Assembly: GCF_963921235.1 (NCBI RefSeq)
Contig: NC_086098.1
Span: 2,790,001 to 2,854,000, forward strand
Reading direction: 5' to 3'
Length of the DNA: 64,000 nt
Source of the DNA: Mobula hypostoma
Taxonomy: Eukaryota
The number at the start of each line of letters is the position of its first letter. The first letter of the stretch is position 1. Positions 21,907 to 33,861 of the stretch are shown here, one piece after another. A program made the position numbers and the translations under genes. The notes under the pieces are model-generated. The model was not told the origin of the DNA. It saw only the letters and a list, made by a program, of their open reading frames with translations, and made no database searches.

Positions 21907-23163
21907 TCAGCTCCATCTACCTGCCTTTTCCCCATAACCCTTAATTCTATCTAACAGTTTCTTAAATATATTTAGTGAAGAAGCTTCAACTGCTTCCCTG
22001 GGCAGAGAATTCCACAGATTCTCCACTCTCTGGGAAAAACAATTTCTCCTCATCTCCGTCCTAAATCTTCTCCCCCGAATCTTGAGGCAATGTCCCCTAG
22101 TTCTAGTCTCACCTACCAATGGAAACAACTTTCCTACTTCTATCTTATCTACCCCTTTCAAAATTTTGTATGTTTCTATGAGATCCCCTCTCATTCTTCT
22201 GAACTCCAGAGAGTATAGTCCCAGGCGACTCAATCTCTCCTCATAGGTTAACCCCTTCATCCCTGGAATCAACCTGGTGAACCTCCTCTGCACTGCCTCC
22301 AAAGCCAGTATATCCTTCCTCAAGTATGGAGACCAGAACTGCACACAATACTCCAGGTGTGGCCTCACCAGTACCCTGTATAGTTGCAGCATGACCTCCC
22401 TGCTTTTGAATTCAATCCCTCTAACAATGAAGGCCAACATTCCGTATGCCTGCTTAATAACCTGTTGTACCTGCAAGACAACTTTTTGCGATTCATGCAC
22501 TAGCACTCCCAAGTCCCTCTGCACAACAGCATGCTGCAATCTTTCAACGCTTAAATAATAATCTGCTCGTCTATTATTCCTTCCAAAGTGGGTGATCTCG
22601 CACTTACCAACATTGTGTTCCATCTGCCAGACCTTGGCCCACTCATTTAACATATCTATATCCATCTGCAGACTCTCCACATCCTCTGTACAATATGCTT
22701 TTCCACTCAGTTTAGTGTCATCAGCAAATTTTACTACGCTACACTCAGTCCCCTCTTCCAAATCATCAATGTAAATGGTAAACAGCTGCGGGCCCAGCAC
22801 CGACCCCTGCGGCACCCCACTCACCACTGACTGCCAACCGGAGAAACACCCATTTATACCAACTCTCTGCCTTCTATTGGTTAACCAATCCACTATCCAT
22901 GCCAATATACTTCCTCCGACTCCATGCATCCGTATCTTATTTATAAGTCTCTTGCGCGGCACCTTATCGAATGCCTTCTGGAAATCCAAGTATACAACAT
23001 CCACCTGTTCCCCTCTATCCACTGCATTCATTATGTCCTCAAAGAACTCCAGTAAGTTTGTCAAACAGTACCTGCACTTTCTGAATCCATGTTGTGTCTG
23101 TCCAATGGAACCACTCCTTTCCAAATGTTTCGCTATTTTTTCCTTAATGACAGCTTCAAGCAT
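21907..23163 (-). pseudogene. CR1 ORF2 RT domain to C-terminus, open for 418 codons (5'-truncated)
   Basis: QHGF, YLDFQKAFDKVP, GVPQGSVLGP, FADDTK, RPHLEYCVQFWSP. Confidence 0.9.
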
Positions 23164-23657
23164 TTTCCCGACTACAGATGTTACGCTAACTGGCCTATAG
23201 TTGCCCGTCTTTTTCCTGCATCCTTTTTTAAAAAGTGGTGTGACATTTGCTGTCTTCCTATCTGCAAGGACCTGCCCAGAGTCAAGAGAATTTTTGATAA
23301 ATGATTACCAGTGCATCTACTACAAACCTCTAACAATTCCTTCAGCACCCTGGGATGCATCCCATCAGGACCAGGGGACTTATCTACCTTCAGGCCCTCC
23401 AGTTTGCTCATCACTACCTCTTTAGTGACAGGGATTTTATTCAGGTCCTCACCTCCCATTTCGTCCATAACATCCTTCTTTGGCATATTAGATGTGTCCT
23501 CCACCGTGAACACTGACACAAAATAGTTGTTCAATGCCTCTGCCAGTTTGCCTGGTGGTCACTGATGGAGCAACAGCTCTCTGCTGGTGCTCCTAACTTA
23601 CTTACTTTTGTCTCCAACCTTTTGAAATACTACTTTTAGACGGGATATTATATTACT

Positions 23658-24422
23658 ATGGCTACCAAAGCAGCTTTGGAAGCTATTCAAAAGCTTACTG
23701 AGGAGTTTCAACAGTTCAGAAAAGAAGCGTCAGCTGATTCGCAACAAATCAGCACTGAAATTAAACAAATAGGTATGAAATTAGACGATATTCAAGCAAC
23801 TCTAACCGAGCTTATTAAGAAGAATAAGGAACATGAAGAGGTTATTACTATACTGTACGAGAGAATGGATGATTTGCAAAAGTTGTATGAAAAACAATCC
23901 AAGTCCAACAAAGTACTGAGACAGAAGATTATTGATTTGGAAAACAGAAGTAGGAGGAACAACTTACGAGTCTTAGGACTTAAAGAGGAAACGGAAGGAG
24001 ATAATCTAAAGAATTCTTTGCAAACCTTTTGATGGAATTATTCTCTGATATTATAAAGTCTCTTCCTTTGATTGATCGTACTCACAGATCGCCTATCTAT
24101 GGATTGATTTTAAAATCAAAACCAAGATCAGTCTTTATATGTTTCCGGGAATTTCAAATAAAGAACCGTTTGACTTGTGATGCCTGTGGAAAAGGTATGA
24201 TTGACTACCAAGGTCAGAAGATTCTTACTGTTGAAGATTTTTTCATCAGAAGTTATGGCAGAATGTGTTAAGTTTAAAAAAGTTATGGCGGAGCTATACA
24301 GCCAAACTTCTAAGCCTTCTCTTTGTTTTCCAGCTCGATTGAGAATCACAATGGAAGATAGATCACTTAAATGGTTTTGCACGAAGGAGCAGGCACAAGA
24401 ATTTTTAGACTCAAAAAAATGA
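23658..24422 (+). pseudogene. L1 ORF1 (coiled coil, RRM-like region, CTD), frameshifted
   Basis: DLENRSRRNNLRVLG, IDRTHR...KPRSV, EDF, FPARLRI motifs across three ORF pieces. Confidence 0.88.
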
Positions 24423-24852
24423 CTGTATACATATATTGAATAGATTAAAAATCTGCAAAATCAGAAATGTTATATATTAAAAAATGACTGTTTAATATTT
24501 TCAGTATGAATAATTGCTCGTTCTGTTTGATGAACCTGTCTAAGATTGTTTTTTTACTGTATATTATTTAGTCTTGGTTCGAACAGTAAATAACCTTGAA
24601 TTCTTTGGAGCGGTTCCAACAGGCTTTCTAAGGGGATGTTTTCAGTGGGGGTAGATAGTGGTTGTTCTTTGACCGATTTTCTCTCTTTGGGAGGAGGGAG
24701 GGGGATGGGGATGGGGAGTTCTTCTCTCTTGAAGCTGATTTGGGGATCTAGTCAATTCTATTGCTTAGCTAATATATATCAAGGTTTACTATTTGAGTTT
24801 AATACACAGTTCTCTGATTACTACTTTAACCTTTTTTATAAATAGTTTTAAA

Positions 24853-27800
24853 ATGGATCAATGTATTAATTTACTTAGTTTTAACGTGAAAGGGCTAAAT
24901 CACCCCGTGAAAAGAAATAAGATTTTTGCCTATATTAAAAAACTTAAGGTACTCATTGTTTTTCTTCAAGAAACCCATGTACGTAAGTGTGACAATTCAT
25001 GCCTTTTTAATCGATGGAGGGGGTCCATTTTCATTTTTCGTTTCAGGTCAAAGCCAGAGATGTTTTGATCCTTACAGATAATAAAGTTCCCTTTGTTCAA
25101 CATAAAGTAATTTCTGATACTAATAGGCATTTTGTTATAGTATCAGGGAAACTAAATAACAAACTAATGGTATTTGCCAATGTGTATGCTCCGAATATAG
25201 ATGACCCAGGTTTCTTTGAGTGCTTTTTTTCATTTTTGCCAGATCTAAGTCTGTACTCATTGGTGATGGGTGGAGATTTTAATTGCTGCTTAGATCCAGC
25301 TTTAGATTGTTCATCTTCTAAACTAATGATACCAAATAAATCAGCTGTGTTTATTAAATCTTTTTTAATGAAATGTGGTGTTGTTGATGCTTGGCGTTTT
25401 TTTTATCCAGTAGACAAGAAATATTCGTTTTTCTCTCATGTCCATCATACATATCCCAGGATTGATTATTTTTTTATTGATAGCTAAATGATTCCATCAG
25501 TTCGATCCTGTGAATATAAAGAGATTGCTGTCTCAGATCACGCTCCTGTGCTCCTATCTTTAAATCTCCCTGGTCTTCTTCAAACAAATAGGTTTTGGTG
25601 ATTTAATTTAACTTTGTTATCTGATAAAGATTTTTTAACGTTTATGGAGAGACAAATTACTCTTTTTTTAAGAGAATATGTTGGAGGAGACTTCTAGTCT
25701 TATCAGATGGGATGCCTTTAAGGCATATATTAGAGGACAAATTATTTCTTATACTGCAAGTATTAAGAAAAAAGCTAATAAAGAGAGAAGTGATTTAGCT
25801 AATCAGCTGCAACAATTAGACCAAGAGTTTGCCTTGGCTCCAGAACCTGCCTTATATAAAAGATGTGTTGAAGCTAAAGCTAAATTTGATCTCCTTTTTA
25901 CCTATCCAATGGAAACCCAACGACTAAAAGATAAAAGTCAATTTTATATTCATGGAGATAAAACAGGTAAATTATTGGCTGATCAGATTAAAACCTTTAT
26001 AGCTAAATAGCAGATTAAAGAAATATGCAAAGCTAATGGTGATAGGACAACTGATTATTTAGAAATAAATGATACCTTTAGAGAATTTTATTCTAAACTC
26101 TATAGTTCTGAATCTTCTAAGGATAACACTGCAATGAACAATTTTTTAGATCAACTAAACTTTCCTACAATTTCTGCCAACAACAGAAAGTTGCTGGAAC
26201 AACCTATTTCATTTGAGGAAATTGTCGAGGCTGTGCGCTCATTACATTTGAGGAAAGCTCCAGGTCCAGATGGATTTTCTGGAGAATTTTACAGGACCTT
26301 TTCCTCACTGCTTATACCTCTCTTACGTTCAGTTTTTTCGGATTCATTCAAGTCAAGTAGACTCCCTCAATCTTTTTATGAGGCTTCCATTTTGCATATC
26401 CTTAAAAAGAATCAGGATCCAAATGAATGCTCTTCTTATGGACCAATTTCTTTACTTCATGCAGTTACTAAGATCCTACCTAAAGTTTTGGCCCATAGGA
26501 TTGAAAATATTTTACCATCTGTCATCTCCGATAACCAAACTGGATTTATCAAAAATCGATATTCTCACTTTAATATTCATCGGTTATTAAATGTTATTTA
26601 TTCTCCTTCTGACATGGTATCGAAATATGTGGTATTCCGAGATGCTGAGAAAGTTTTTGACAGAGTTGAATGGAATTATTTATTTAAAACTTTAGAAAAA
26701 TTCAACTTTGGACCCATTTATATTCAATGGATTAAATTACTTTATTTAGCTCCTTCCGCTAGAGTTATCACTAATTCTCATAATTCCAAAGCATTTAAGC
26801 TTCAACGTGGCATTAGACAAGGTTGTCCATTGTGCCCTTTGCTTTTCGATCTGGCTTTAGAACCTTTAGCCATTGCCTTTCGAGAATCTAATGATATCAC
26901 CAGTATTTTAAGGAGAGACACTATTCACAAAGTCTCACTGTACGCTGATGATCTGTTGCTATTTATTTCTAATGTTGAGACTTCGTTACCCCATGTGCTT
27001 TCTTTACTCTCCTGTTTTAACCAGTTCTCAGGTTATAAATTAAACCTACATAAAAGTGAACTTTTCCCTTTGAATAATTTGATACTGACAAATTCTAACC
27101 TTCCTTTTAAAATTGTAAGAAATCAATTTACCTACTTAGGTGTAACAATTACTAAAAACTATAAGCATCTATTTAAAGAAAATTTTCTTACCCTATTGAA
27201 TCACGTAAAAAGGATACTATCAAATTGGTCGCCTCTTTTGTTATCGCTGATTGGCTGAATTAACTCTATTAAAATGAATATATTACCTAAATTTATATAT
27301 CTTTCTCAGGCATTGCCTGTTTTTATTCCTAAATCTTTCTTTGATTCTCTTGACATATATCTTCTTATATATGGAAGAATAAGCGTTCTAGATTAAATAA
27401 AATTCATCTTCAGAAAGATAAAAAGAATGGAGTATTAGCCTTACCAAACTTTAGATTTTATTATTGGGCAGTTAATATAAGAAGTCTTACATTTTGGTGA
27501 TAGTACATTAATCATGAGGATTGCCCAATGTGGATTTTTTTAGAAGCTAACTCTGTTAATAGATCTTCTATTATTTCTCTTCTTGGATCCTCACTTCCTT
27601 TGTCTCTGAGCAAGCTAACTGATAATCGGGTAGTTAAACACACTATGAAAATTTGGATACAATTCCGAAAATATTTTGGCTTATTGAGATGTTCTCTTTC
27701 GAGTCCCATTTTCTCTAATTATTTTTTTAAACCCTCTATGATTGATGTGGCTTTTAAAGAATGGGATAGATTAGGTATTAAATGCTTTCAGGACTTGTTT

Positions 27801-28530
27801 GTAGAGGAAAGTCTCTTTTTGTTTGAACAACTGTTAACTAAATATAGTTTTACCCAAAATTCATTTTTTTCGATACCTACAAATAAGAGTTTTCTTATGG
27901 TCTCAAATAAGTACATTTCCTAAAGGTCCTGATAAGAATCTATTAGATGTAATTTTTAATTTGAAACCTTTTTATAATGGATCTATATCTAATATTTATA
28001 GTATGCTGTTGGGAATGAGAAGTGCTCCTTTAGATAAAATTAAAAATCTTTGGGAACAAGATTTACAGACTTTAATTTCCTTGGAAACTTGGAATCAAAT
28101 TTTTAAATTGGTCAACACTTCATCGTTATGTGCCCACCACTCTCTCCTACAATTTAAAGTGGTCCATAGGGCCCATATGACCAAGGATAAGTTGTCTCAT
28201 TTTTATTTAGATATATCTCCGTATTGTGATAAATGTAATAATGGAGAAGCTTCACTCATTCATATGTTTTGGACATGCCCGAGTCTTGGAAAATATTGGA
28301 AAGAAGTATTTCAACCTCTTGATACTTTTCAAAGTAAACTTTAAGCCTAATCCTTTGACCGCTTTATTTGGTATCGTTGGAGGAAAGGATATTATTTTGG
28401 AGTCACCTGACTTGCACATTTTGGCTTTTATTTCTCTTATGGCCAGAAGGACGCTGTTGCTTAAATGGAAAGATGCGGCCCCTCCTATTCACGCTCAATG
28501 TTACATGATGTGATGTCATGGAGAAGATTT
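24853..28530 (+). pseudogene. L1 ORF2 (APE endonuclease, RT, zinc knuckle), multiply disrupted
   Basis: SFNVKGL, FLQETH, NVYAPN, GGDFN, RIDYF, SDHAP, KAPGPDG, RQGCPL, YADD, CDKC..ASLIHMFWTC. Confidence 0.93.
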
Positions 28531-30261
28531 GATGTTCAATCTCTGAATCTAGCCAAGACCTTTTTTGAATTATTTTCAAAACCTTTGATTTACTGTTAAA
28601 GCACAGATGATGACTAATATTTTTTTTTCCTTTTTTTCTTTACTAACCAGCTTCGGTCTTAGTAGTGGGTTAGATTTTTTAATATAATAAAATTACTATA
28701 TTTCAAAGCTACAAATTAATTAATCCGTATGAATATAGGGTAAGGAGTCTTTATATGCGATTTAGTTTAATATATTGATATATTTTTTTTCTTGTACTCT
28801 ATATTCTTATATGTAAAATTTATAAAAATATTGGAAAAGAAAAAAGATGCCTCAGCGATTTCCTTATCACCCAATATCAATCTCCCCTTCGTGTCTTCCA
28901 AGGGACCTACGTTGACTTTAGCCACCCTCTTCTGCTTTATATGTTTATAAAAACTTTTGCTATCTGTTTTTATGGAGTACTTGATGACACAGGACAAGGT
29001 AGGACAAAGTCAGCATGGTTTCCTTAAGCGAAAATCCTGCCTGACAAACCTGGTGGACTTCTTTGATGAGATTACACCTAGGACACACAAAGGGGATGTA
29101 GTGGATGTTGTATATTAAGATTTTCAGAAGACCTTTGACAAGGTGCCACATAGGAGCTTGCTTACCAAGTTACGGGCACATGGAATTACAGGAAAGTTGC
29201 TGGCATGGTTAGAGCATTGGCTGATTGGTAGGAGGCAGCGAGTGGGAATAAAAAGATCCTTTCCTGATTGGCTGCCAGTGATGAGTGATGTTCCGCAGGG
29301 GTCGGTGTTGGGACCACTTGTTTTTATGCTGTATATCAATGATTTAGATGATGGAGTAGATGGCTTTGTTACCAAGTTTGCAGATGATATGAAGATTGGT
29401 GGAGGGGCAGGTAGTGTCGAGGAAACAGGTAGGATGCAGAAGGACTTAGACAGTTAGGAGAATGGGCAATAAAGTGGCAAATAAAATGCAATGTTGGAAA
29501 ATGCATGGTCATACACTTTGGTAGTAGAAAGAAAAGTGCAGGCTATTTTCTAAAAGGGGAGAAAATCGAAAAATCTGAGATGCAAAGGGACTTGGGAGTC
29601 CTTGTGCAGAACAACCTAAAGGTTAACTTGCAGGTAGAGTCAGTGGTGAAGAAGGCAAATGCAATGTTATCATTCATTTCAAGGGCACTTGAATACAAGA
29701 GCAGGAATGTGGTGCTGAGACTTTATAAGGCACTGATGAGGCCTCACCTTGAGTATTGTGAAGAGTTTTGGACATCCCATCTAAGAAAAGATGTGCTGGC
29801 ATTGGAGAAGTTTTAGAGGAGGTTCAGAAGGATGATTCGGGGAATGGAATGGTCACCATACAAGGAACATTTGATTCTGGGTCTGGGTCTGTACTCACTG
29901 GAATTTAGAAGGATGAGGGGGATCTCATTGAAACCTTTCAAATGTTGAAAGGCCCAGGCAGAGCAGATGTGGAAAGGATGTTTATCATGGTGGGGGAATT
30001 TAGGACAAGAGGGCACAACCTCAGGATAGAGAGGCGTCTATTTAAAACAGAGATGTGGAAAAATTTCTTTAGCCAGTGGGTGGTAAACCTGTGGAGTTTG
30101 TTACTGCAGGCATCAGTGGGGGCCAGGTCGTTGGGTGTTTTTAAGGCAAAGCTGATAGGTTGTTGATTGGACACAGCATCAAAGGTTATGGGGAGAAGGC
30201 TGGGGAAGGGGGCTGAGGAGGGGAAAAGAGGATCAGCCATGATTGAATAGTGGAACGGGAC

Positions 30262-31095
30262 ACTGATAGGATGCAAAACTGGGCTGAGAAGTGGCAGATG
30301 GAGGTCAACTCAGATAAGTGTGAGATGGTTCATTTTGGTAGGTCAGATATGATGGCAGAATATAGTATTAATGGTGAGACTCTTGGCAGTGTGGAAGATC
30401 AGAGGGATCTTGGGGTCTGAGTCCATAGGACACTCAAAGCTGCTACGCAGGTTGACTCTGTGGTTAAGAAGGCATACAGTGCATTGGCCTTCATCAATCG
30501 TGGGATTGAGTTTAAGAGCCGAGAGGTAACGTTGCAGCTTTATAGGACCCTGTTCAGACCCCACTTGGAGTACTGTGCTCAGTTTTGGTCGCCTCACTAC
30601 AGGATGGATGTGGCAACCATAGGAAGGGCTCAGAGGAGATTTACAAGGATGTTGCCTGGATTGGGGAGCTTGCCTTATGCGAAAAGGTTGAGTGAATTCG
30701 GCCTTTTCTCCTTGGAGCGATGGAAGATGAGAGGTGACTTGACAGAGGCGTACAAGATAATGAGAGGCATTGATCGTGTAGATAGTCAGAGGCTTTTCCC
30801 CAGGGCTGAAATGGCTAGCCCGAGAGGCCACAGTTTTAAGGTGCTTGGAAGTAGGTACAAAGGAGATGTCAGGGGTAAGTTTTTTATTTAGAGAGTAGTG
30901 AGTGCGTGGAATAGGCTGCCAGTGGCGGTGTTGGAGGAGGAAGCGATAGTGTCTTTTACGAGACTTCTGGATGGCTACATGGAGCTTTGAAAAATAGAGT
31001 GTTATGGGTAATCCCTAGGTAGTTCTAAGGCAGGATCATTTTTGGCACAGCTTTGTGGGCCAAAGAGCCTGTATTGTGCTGTATGTTTTCTATAT
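30262..31095 (+). mobile_element. CR1 3' fragment
   Basis: ORF 30460-30891 is a CR1 C-terminus; 3'UTR follows. Confidence 0.9.
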
Positions 31096-31734
31096 CGATG
31101 TAGTTATAAAGAAGGCAAGACAGCGATTATACTTCATTAGGAGTTTGAAGAGATTTGGCATGTCAACAAATACACTCAAAAACTTCTATAGTTGTACCAT
31201 GGAGAGCATTCGGACAGGCTGCATCACTGTCTGGTGTGGAGGGGCTACTACACAGGACCGAAAGAAGCTGCAGAATGTTGTAAATCTAGTCAGCTCCATC
31301 TTGGGTACTAGCCTACAAAGTACCCAGGACGTCTTCAGGGAGCAGTGTCTCAGAATGGCAGCATCCATTATTAAGGACCTCCAGCACTCAGAGCATGGCC
31401 TTTTCTCACTGTTACCATCAGGTAGGCGGTACAGAAGTTTGAAGGCACACACTCAGTGATTCAGGAACAGCTTCTTCCCCTCTGCCATCCGATTCCTAGA
31501 TGGACATTGAATACTTGGACACTATCTCACCTTTTTTAATATACAGTATTTCTGTTTTTTGCACAATTTTAATCTATTAAATATACATATACTGTAATTG
31601 ATTTACTTGTTTTTTTTAATTTTATTTATTATTTTTTTCTCCTCCAGATTATGCATTGCATTGACCTGCTGCTACTAAGTTAATAAATTTCACGTCACAT
31701 GCCAGTGATAATAAACCTGATTCTGATTCTGATT
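31096..31734 (+). mobile_element. Rex1/Babar 3' end with (GATTCT)n tail
   Basis: KKARQRLYFIRSLKRFG...LFSLLPSGRRYRS; AATAAACCTGATTCTGATTCTGATT. Confidence 0.88.
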
Positions 31735-32095
31735 TAAGATATTGAAAGATTTAGATAGAGTGGATGTAGAGAGGATGTTTCCTACAGTGGGGTTGTCAAG
31801 GACCAGAGGGGCACAGCTTCAGAATATGAGGATGTCCCTTTAGAATAGAGATGAGAAGGAATTTCTTTAGCCAGGGTTGGTGAATCTGTGGAATTCATTG
31901 CCACAGAGGGCAGTGGAGGCCATGTCATTGGGTATATTTAAAGTAGAAGTTGATAGGTTCTTAATTAATAAGGGCATCAAAGGTTATGAGGAGAAGGCAG
32001 AAGGATGGGGTTGAGAGGGATAATAAATCAGCCATGATGGAATGATGGAGCAGACTCACTGGGCCCAATGGCCTAATTCTGCTCCTATATCTTTG
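31735..32095 (+). mobile_element. CR1 3' fragment
   Basis: GAGATGAGAAGGAATTTCTTTAGCCAG and the shared 3'UTR. Confidence 0.85.
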
Positions 32096-32732
32096 ATCAA
32101 AAGAAAGTGAGTTGACTACTGGTAAAATGTATCAAGAAATCGGCTCTGAGAGAAGAGGATTAACAATTTAAAAGTTTCCTTCAGGAAGTAAGGAGAGGGA
32201 TTAAGAGTGTTTTTTTCAGATGTTGAACAGAAAATTATTCACTACAAGTATGGACTGTGCCAGAGATCAACAGAGTTTTTAACTCATCAGTAAGCACAAG
32301 CTGAGCTGAGCCACGGATCACAAGAGTCAGACATTAGCACAATCTAGCCTGTTGACAAATTGGGCCTGTGCCTAGTAAAAATTGTTAGGCTGTTTGGACA
32401 TGCAAGCAAAGAACCTAATGCCTGTTGAAGTTCTCTACGCAATAATTCTGAGAATGTAAAACAGAGAATGGCTATTTGTCTCTCAGGAACAAATATTTAA
32501 AAGGTAATAGTCAATTTATTATCAAAAAATACATGTTACCCTGATATTCATTTTTGCAGGCATTCATACAAAAATATATGAAAAAATATATAAAACAAAG
32601 ACTGATAAACAACCAATGTGCAAAAGAAAACAAATTGTGCAAATTTTTAAGAAGTAATTCTAAGAACATGAATTGTAAAGAATCCTTTAAAGTGAATCTG
32701 TCAGTTGTAGAATCAGTCCAGTGTGGAGGTGA

Positions 32733-33060
32733 AACCATAGAAACTACAGCACAGAAACAGGCCTTTTGGCCCTTCTTGGCTGTACTGAACCATTTTCTGC
32801 CTAGTCCCACTGACCGGCACACGGACCATATCCCTCCATACACCTCCCATCCATGTATCTGTCCAATTTATTCTTAAATGTTAAAAAAGAACCCGCATTT
32901 ACCACCTCGTCTGGCAGCTCATTCCATACTCCCACCACTCTCTGTGTGAAGAAGCCCCCCCTAATGTTCCCTTTAAACTTTTCCCCCCTCACCCTTAACC
33001 CATGTCCTCTGGTTTTTTTCTCCCCTTGCCTCAGTGGAAAAAGCCTGCTTGCATTCACTG
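32733..33060 (-). mobile_element. Young CR1 3' end inserted in a Rex-tail repeat
   Basis: Very similar by eye to 330-680 in reverse orientation; ORF 32801-33058. Confidence 0.9.
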
Positions 33061-33324
33061 AGTGAAGTTATCTGAGCTGGTTCAGGAGCCTGATGGTTGA
33101 ATGGTAATAACTGTTCCTGACCTAAGGCCCCTCACTCCCCAATACTCCTGCAACATATTCTCTCTCTAACAGGACCCTCAACTCCCCCTTGAGTCTTTTT
33201 GTCATTAAATTCCTTTAATTATAATTGACAGTGTATAAATGATCGAACAGCACATTGGGATGTGAGACGAAACTGGAGCACCAGGAGGAAGCCCATATAA
33301 TTAACAGGGGATAGGCAAGCTCCA

Positions 33325-33710
33325 CACAGAATAAATCAGGTAGCAGAAGGGAAGAAGATGTTCCTGAAGCACTGAGTGTGTGTCTTCAGGCTCCTGTACC
33401 TCTCCCATGATGGTAGCAATGAGAGGAGGACATGTCCTGGGTGATGGATGTCCTTAATGATTGATGCTGCCTTTTGATGGCAGGGAGGTTAGTGCTCGTG
33501 ATGGGGCTGACTGAGTCTGCAACTTTCTGTAGCTGTTCCCAACCTTGTGTAGTGGGTCCTCCACACCAGACAGTGATGCAGCCAGTCAGAACGCTCTCCA
33601 TGATACATCTGTGCTAAACTGAGTGTCCCTGGTGACATACCGAGTTTCCTCAAACTCCAAATGAAATATAGCCAGTGACATGCCTTACTTGCAATTGCAT
33701 CATTGTGTTG
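33325..33710 (-). mobile_element. Rex1/Babar fragment
   Basis: MESVLTGCITVW and YFIWSLRKLG motifs. Confidence 0.8.
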
Positions 33711-33861
33711 TAGTTGATGAAAGTTGGCAATGAAAATACATGCTATTGACTGTACCAAAATCAAGCATACTGATAGAGCTGAAAAGTGATATGCCTTGGA
33801 AGCCACATTAAAGTATATATCTTGTCATAAATTTCTTCTCTGGTTTCCAATAGAGATAAAA

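Larger units (their letters stand above)
23544..28846 (+). mobile_element. Near-full-length degenerate L1-clade LINE
   Basis: ORF1 and ORF2 remnants, 3'UTR, A-rich tail; TSD ATGCCTC(T/A)GC at 23534-23543 and 28847-28856. Confidence 0.93.
21812..28969 (-). mobile_element. CR1 LINE (21812-23543 and 28847-28969) split by an L1
   Basis: 418-aa ORF with a full set of RT motifs; upstream ORF 23181-23534; sequence continues beyond the L1. Confidence 0.93.
20587..30260 (+). mobile_element. CR1 LINE split by nested insertions (20587-21295 and about 28970-30260)
   Basis: Left part ends ...ESIVKDEV; right part resumes MEYL..QDKVGQSQHGF; RT motifs and 3'UTR follow. Confidence 0.85.

Noticed and set aside
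21907..23163. Functional or domesticated reverse transcriptase gene (retron or DGR-like)
   Set aside because: Standard 5'-truncated CR1 ORF2 lacking the endonuclease, with many paralogous fragments in the window
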